From Eledone cirrhosa (Eukaryota), in the NCBI GenBank assembly GCA_964016885.1, contig OZ024746.1, positions 65,658,001 through 65,722,000 on the forward strand: a DNA stretch of 64,000 nucleotides. The letters are read 5' to 3'. Under the pieces are notes generated by a model. It did no database searches. It was not told the DNA's origin and was given only the letters and a program-made list of their open reading frames with translations. The position numbers and the translations under genes were made by a program. Numbering within the stretch: position 1 is the stretch's first letter; the number at the start of each line of letters is the position of its first letter. Below, piece by piece: positions 60,556 through 64,000 of this stretch.

Positions 60556-61556
60556 TTAAAGTGTACGATAAACACGAAATGTGTTTACATTGCAACAGAC
60601 AAAGTTAGCTATTAATGAAATAAACTAATAAAAGTGAATACAATTTGTCTGTCTCGATACAAGTCAATAAAGACAAGATTATATTGGCAACGGCCATGAT
60701 TCCTGGACATTTTTAAATTTCAAAATTCAAACCTGTTCTGTAGACGAATTTGAACCTCGAAACCCAAATAAGTTTCGCAACGGTGGAATGTGAATTGAAA
60801 AATAAAGAGAATCTAAATGGAATAGAAATAAAAGAGTGAAATGCCCAAATCTTCTGTGCTTATCAACAGGAATCCAGTAAGATTAGTCTATCTCACATCA
60901 AAAATTTTGCAGGACTGACCATACGTGGGTAGGTAGGCCAAAACTAGCTATCCCACATTCACGGTGCTAGAAATAACAGCCGCTTATGCAGGATTAAGGA
61001 TCAGCTCTTACAATAAAGGAGCAATACATTATATTATATTTTGAGAATAAACTCTCAGTCGTTTACAATAATTAAGCTCCAGGAAGGGGCTCTTCCGAGC
61101 AGTCAATACATTTAAAGTGTACGATAAACACGAAATGTGTTTACATTGCAACAGACAAAGTTAGCTATTAATGAAATAAACTAATAAAAGTGAATACAAT
61201 TTGTCTGTCTCGATACAAGTCAATAAAGACAAGGTTATATTGGCAACGGCCATGATTCCTGGACATATTTAAATTTCAAAATTCAAACCTGTTCTGTAGA
61301 CGAATTTGAACCTCGAAACCCAAATAAGTTTCGCAACGGTGGAATGTGAATTGAAAAATAAAGAGAACCTAAATGGAATAGAAATAAAAGAGTGAAATGC
61401 CCAAATCTTCTGTGCTTATCAACAGGAATCCAGTAAGATTAGTCTATCTCACATCAAAAATTTTGCAGGACTGACTACACGTGGGTAGGCAGGCCAAAAC
61501 TCCACTTCCTGGAGCTTAATTATTGTAAACGACTGAGAGTTTATTCTCAAAATATA

Positions 61557-61563
<7 letters not shown>
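60551..61563. repeat. ~395-bp direct duplication (60551-60945 and 61107-61501) interleaved with a ~59-bp inverted pair (61028-61086 and 61505-61563)
   Basis: Direct sequence comparison; (TA)n on both sides. Confidence 0.85.
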
Positions 61564-61623
<60 letters not shown>

Positions 61624-62383
61624 TATTTACAGGTGATACATATAGTTATTTGCCAAGTAGCGTATGCCAAAGGTGCTCGATACTAGTGCCGGCAGTATTA
61701 AATATTCGAAGTGTTAAATCAAAACAAGCTATTTTTGCGAGCAATGAACCTTGACGTGGATTTAACCCCCAAAACTCTTTCCGAGCAATGTAAGGAACAC
61801 TTTTGATTATTTATGCCCTTCAGAATCCCCACTGGGCGAAACGTACGTAGGAGCTGTTTTAAATAAACATGTTTTAACGGTCTATTCTCCGATTTCTTAC
61901 TTTCCCACGTATCACGCCACCTACATCCACAACACGCATAAACACCACACACACACGTGCGTACCACCACATATTTACACATTCAGCCTCCGGAATCTTC
62001 TCCCCCACCCCTCTATCCACACACGCACGCACACTCCGACCTACACCCCACCCCACACACACCTCTTCCTGAACATGCAACCCCGTTCTTCCCCCAACTC
62101 TTACTTTCACATACACACATACACACACACGTACACCTACACACACACCCCGCCTTCAGCCCGCCCCGCTCGGACACCCCGTCTCCCTCTCCCCACTCCA
62201 CCCGCCACCACCCCTACACGCACCACACCCTCCACGACCTGTTTTTCTCCATGTGTATTTTTAATTTTATTTTGATCATGCCTTTATATTTAATTTCATT
62301 TGTACCGTTTCCTCTCACCCCCTTTTTTCTATATGTCTCTCCACCACTCCCTACACACCCTTGGAACTCTCTTCCCACACACT

Positions 62384-62453
62384 TTTCACCCGAAGAAGGG
62401 CTTATGCCCGAAACGTCGTTCCCCACCACCACCCCACTCTCAAGAGCGTGAAA
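62384..62453 (+). ncRNA. Hammerhead-like motif of a Neptune-type pLTR fragment (~61800-62510)
   Basis: TTTCAC CCGAAGA aGGGC-TTAT-GCCC GAAA CGTCG...GTGAAA, then AATAAA and (TA)n. Confidence 0.55.
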
Positions 62454-62505
62454 CTAATAAACCTTTGTTCGTACTGCCTCTCTGTTTTGTTCCCGTTCAA
62501 TTTTT

Positions 62506-62589
<84 letters not shown>

Positions 62590-62611
62590 TACTGTATATA
62601 TATATATATAG

Positions 62612-62646
<35 letters not shown>

Positions 62647-63104
62647 GTGAAAGAGAGAGAGATAGCTTAATGGGTAGGTAGAGAAGTTCGGTAAGTAGTT
62701 AGACTGAAACAGTCACAGACAGCCAGATTGATTGATTGAAAGATGTGAAAATATCGATTGAGAAAAATCTTGATTTATAAATAACTAATAAAATAGGAAA
62801 GTAGAATACCGTGGACAGATGAAATGAAATTATATCAACTAAAAATTAACAGGACTTTTTGAGCTTTGTTGATTGATAGTTTGTTCGTGTTTCGTTGTGA
62901 GCATTACCGAAACTGAAATACAGCACCAAATGTAGTGTCTGCATTTTTTTCACAGCGTTATCCTTCAAAATATTTTCCTATCAACTATGTACTCCTGTGA
63001 GACAGTGAAATAAGATCTCTTCTTATTCTTAGAGCTTCGGAAACCGCCAGAAAATATCTTCTTTGTATGACTCATGTGATATTTTTATTTAACAGTGAAT
63101 AATT

Positions 63105-63290
63105 GTTTCTACTTTAGGCACAAGGCCAGCAAATACCCGGTACATTACTGGTACTTTATTTTATCGACCCCGTATGGATGAAAGGCAAATTAACATCGGC
63201 GGGATTTGAACTCAGACTGTAAAGGGACGTAACTATGCTGGAAAACATGGCGTCCAACCCTCTACCGATACTGCCAATTCACCGCCCTTT
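63105..63290 (-). mobile_element. tRNA-derived SINE
   Basis: Reverse complement of 63351-63533. Confidence 0.8.
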
Positions 63291-63350
63291 AATAGTGAAT
63301 AATTCTATTCAAAATAAGATTGCAAACATTATGATCGTATATTGGTTATT

Positions 63351-63533
63351 GGTGGATTGGCAGTATCGGTAGAGGCTCGGACGCCATCTTTCCAGCATAG
63401 TTACGTCCTTTACGACCTGAGTTCAAATCCCGCTGAGGTTGACGTTGCCTTTCATCCTTACGGGGTCGATAAAATAAAGTACCAGTAATGCACTGGGTAA
63501 ATTGCTGGCCTTGTGCCTAAAGTAGAAACAATT
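63351..63533 (+). mobile_element. tRNA-derived SINE (central domain resembles the Meta/MESC core)
   Basis: A-box TGGCAGTATCGG, B-box GAGTTCAAATCC, GCCTTTCATCCTTACGGGGTCGATAAAATAAAGTACCAG. Confidence 0.8.
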
Positions 63534-63677
63534 AATGTACGATTGTGACTGTGCTTCCAGAACACGAATTTGATAAAGAGGGGTTAGAGTGAGGTTTGTA
63601 TCAACTGTTACTATTTATGCTGCGTTAGTTAATGAAAGGAGAACATTTGTCCTCGTATCATTTTTCTTGCCGGGGCA

Positions 63678-63850
63678 TTGGCAGTATATCTGACGTCATG
63701 CTTTGCAGCATAGAGTTACGCCCCTGTGTGGTCTGATTTCAAATCTTGCCGCGGTTAACTTTGCATTTCACCCTTAGAGGGTTGATAGAATAAAGTACCA
63801 GTAATGCACTCGGATAATTGCTGGCCTTGTGCCAAAAGTAGAAACAATTA
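63678..63850 (+). mobile_element. tRNA-derived SINE
   Basis: Homologous to 63351-63533. Confidence 0.75.
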
Positions 63851-64000
63851 TTTTTCTTACAAACCTTCAGCCATTTCATCACATACTATCAGTATTCTCC
63901 AACTTTGACTTCACCTGACTGAATTAAACATTACATGTTTTACGTTGCTACTGAAGTTATTTTATACTGCTCATGTACCACTTACACACACACGCATACA

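Overview
AT-rich eukaryotic DNA, probably from a mollusc and possibly a cephalopod (inferred only from the repeat types). No host gene could be identified with confidence. Most ORFs in the track ([12 protein letters not shown]) are artefacts of (TA)n, (CA)n and (TATG)n microsatellites. The window is dominated by Penelope-like retroelements (PLEs) inserted into (TA)n tracts. These include a very young Neptune-type partial tandem (30.7-39.4 kb), a second 5'-truncated Neptune family (41.8-45.3 kb), a divergent RT+GIY-YIG PLE (13.5-17.1 kb) and many short pseudo-LTR (pLTR) hairpins. About a dozen distinct type I hammerhead ribozyme (HHR) motifs can be read by eye. Also present are tRNA-derived SINEs, RTE and CR1/L2-group LINE fragments, and an internally deleted maT/mariner-type DNA transposon. 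The most notable signal is that the intact Neptune element has a 421-aa ORF1 joined to RT-EN through an in-phase T_TTT_TTA -1 slippery site. The same heptamer and an ORF1 motif are conserved in the second Neptune family. All structures were read by eye and boundaries are approximate.
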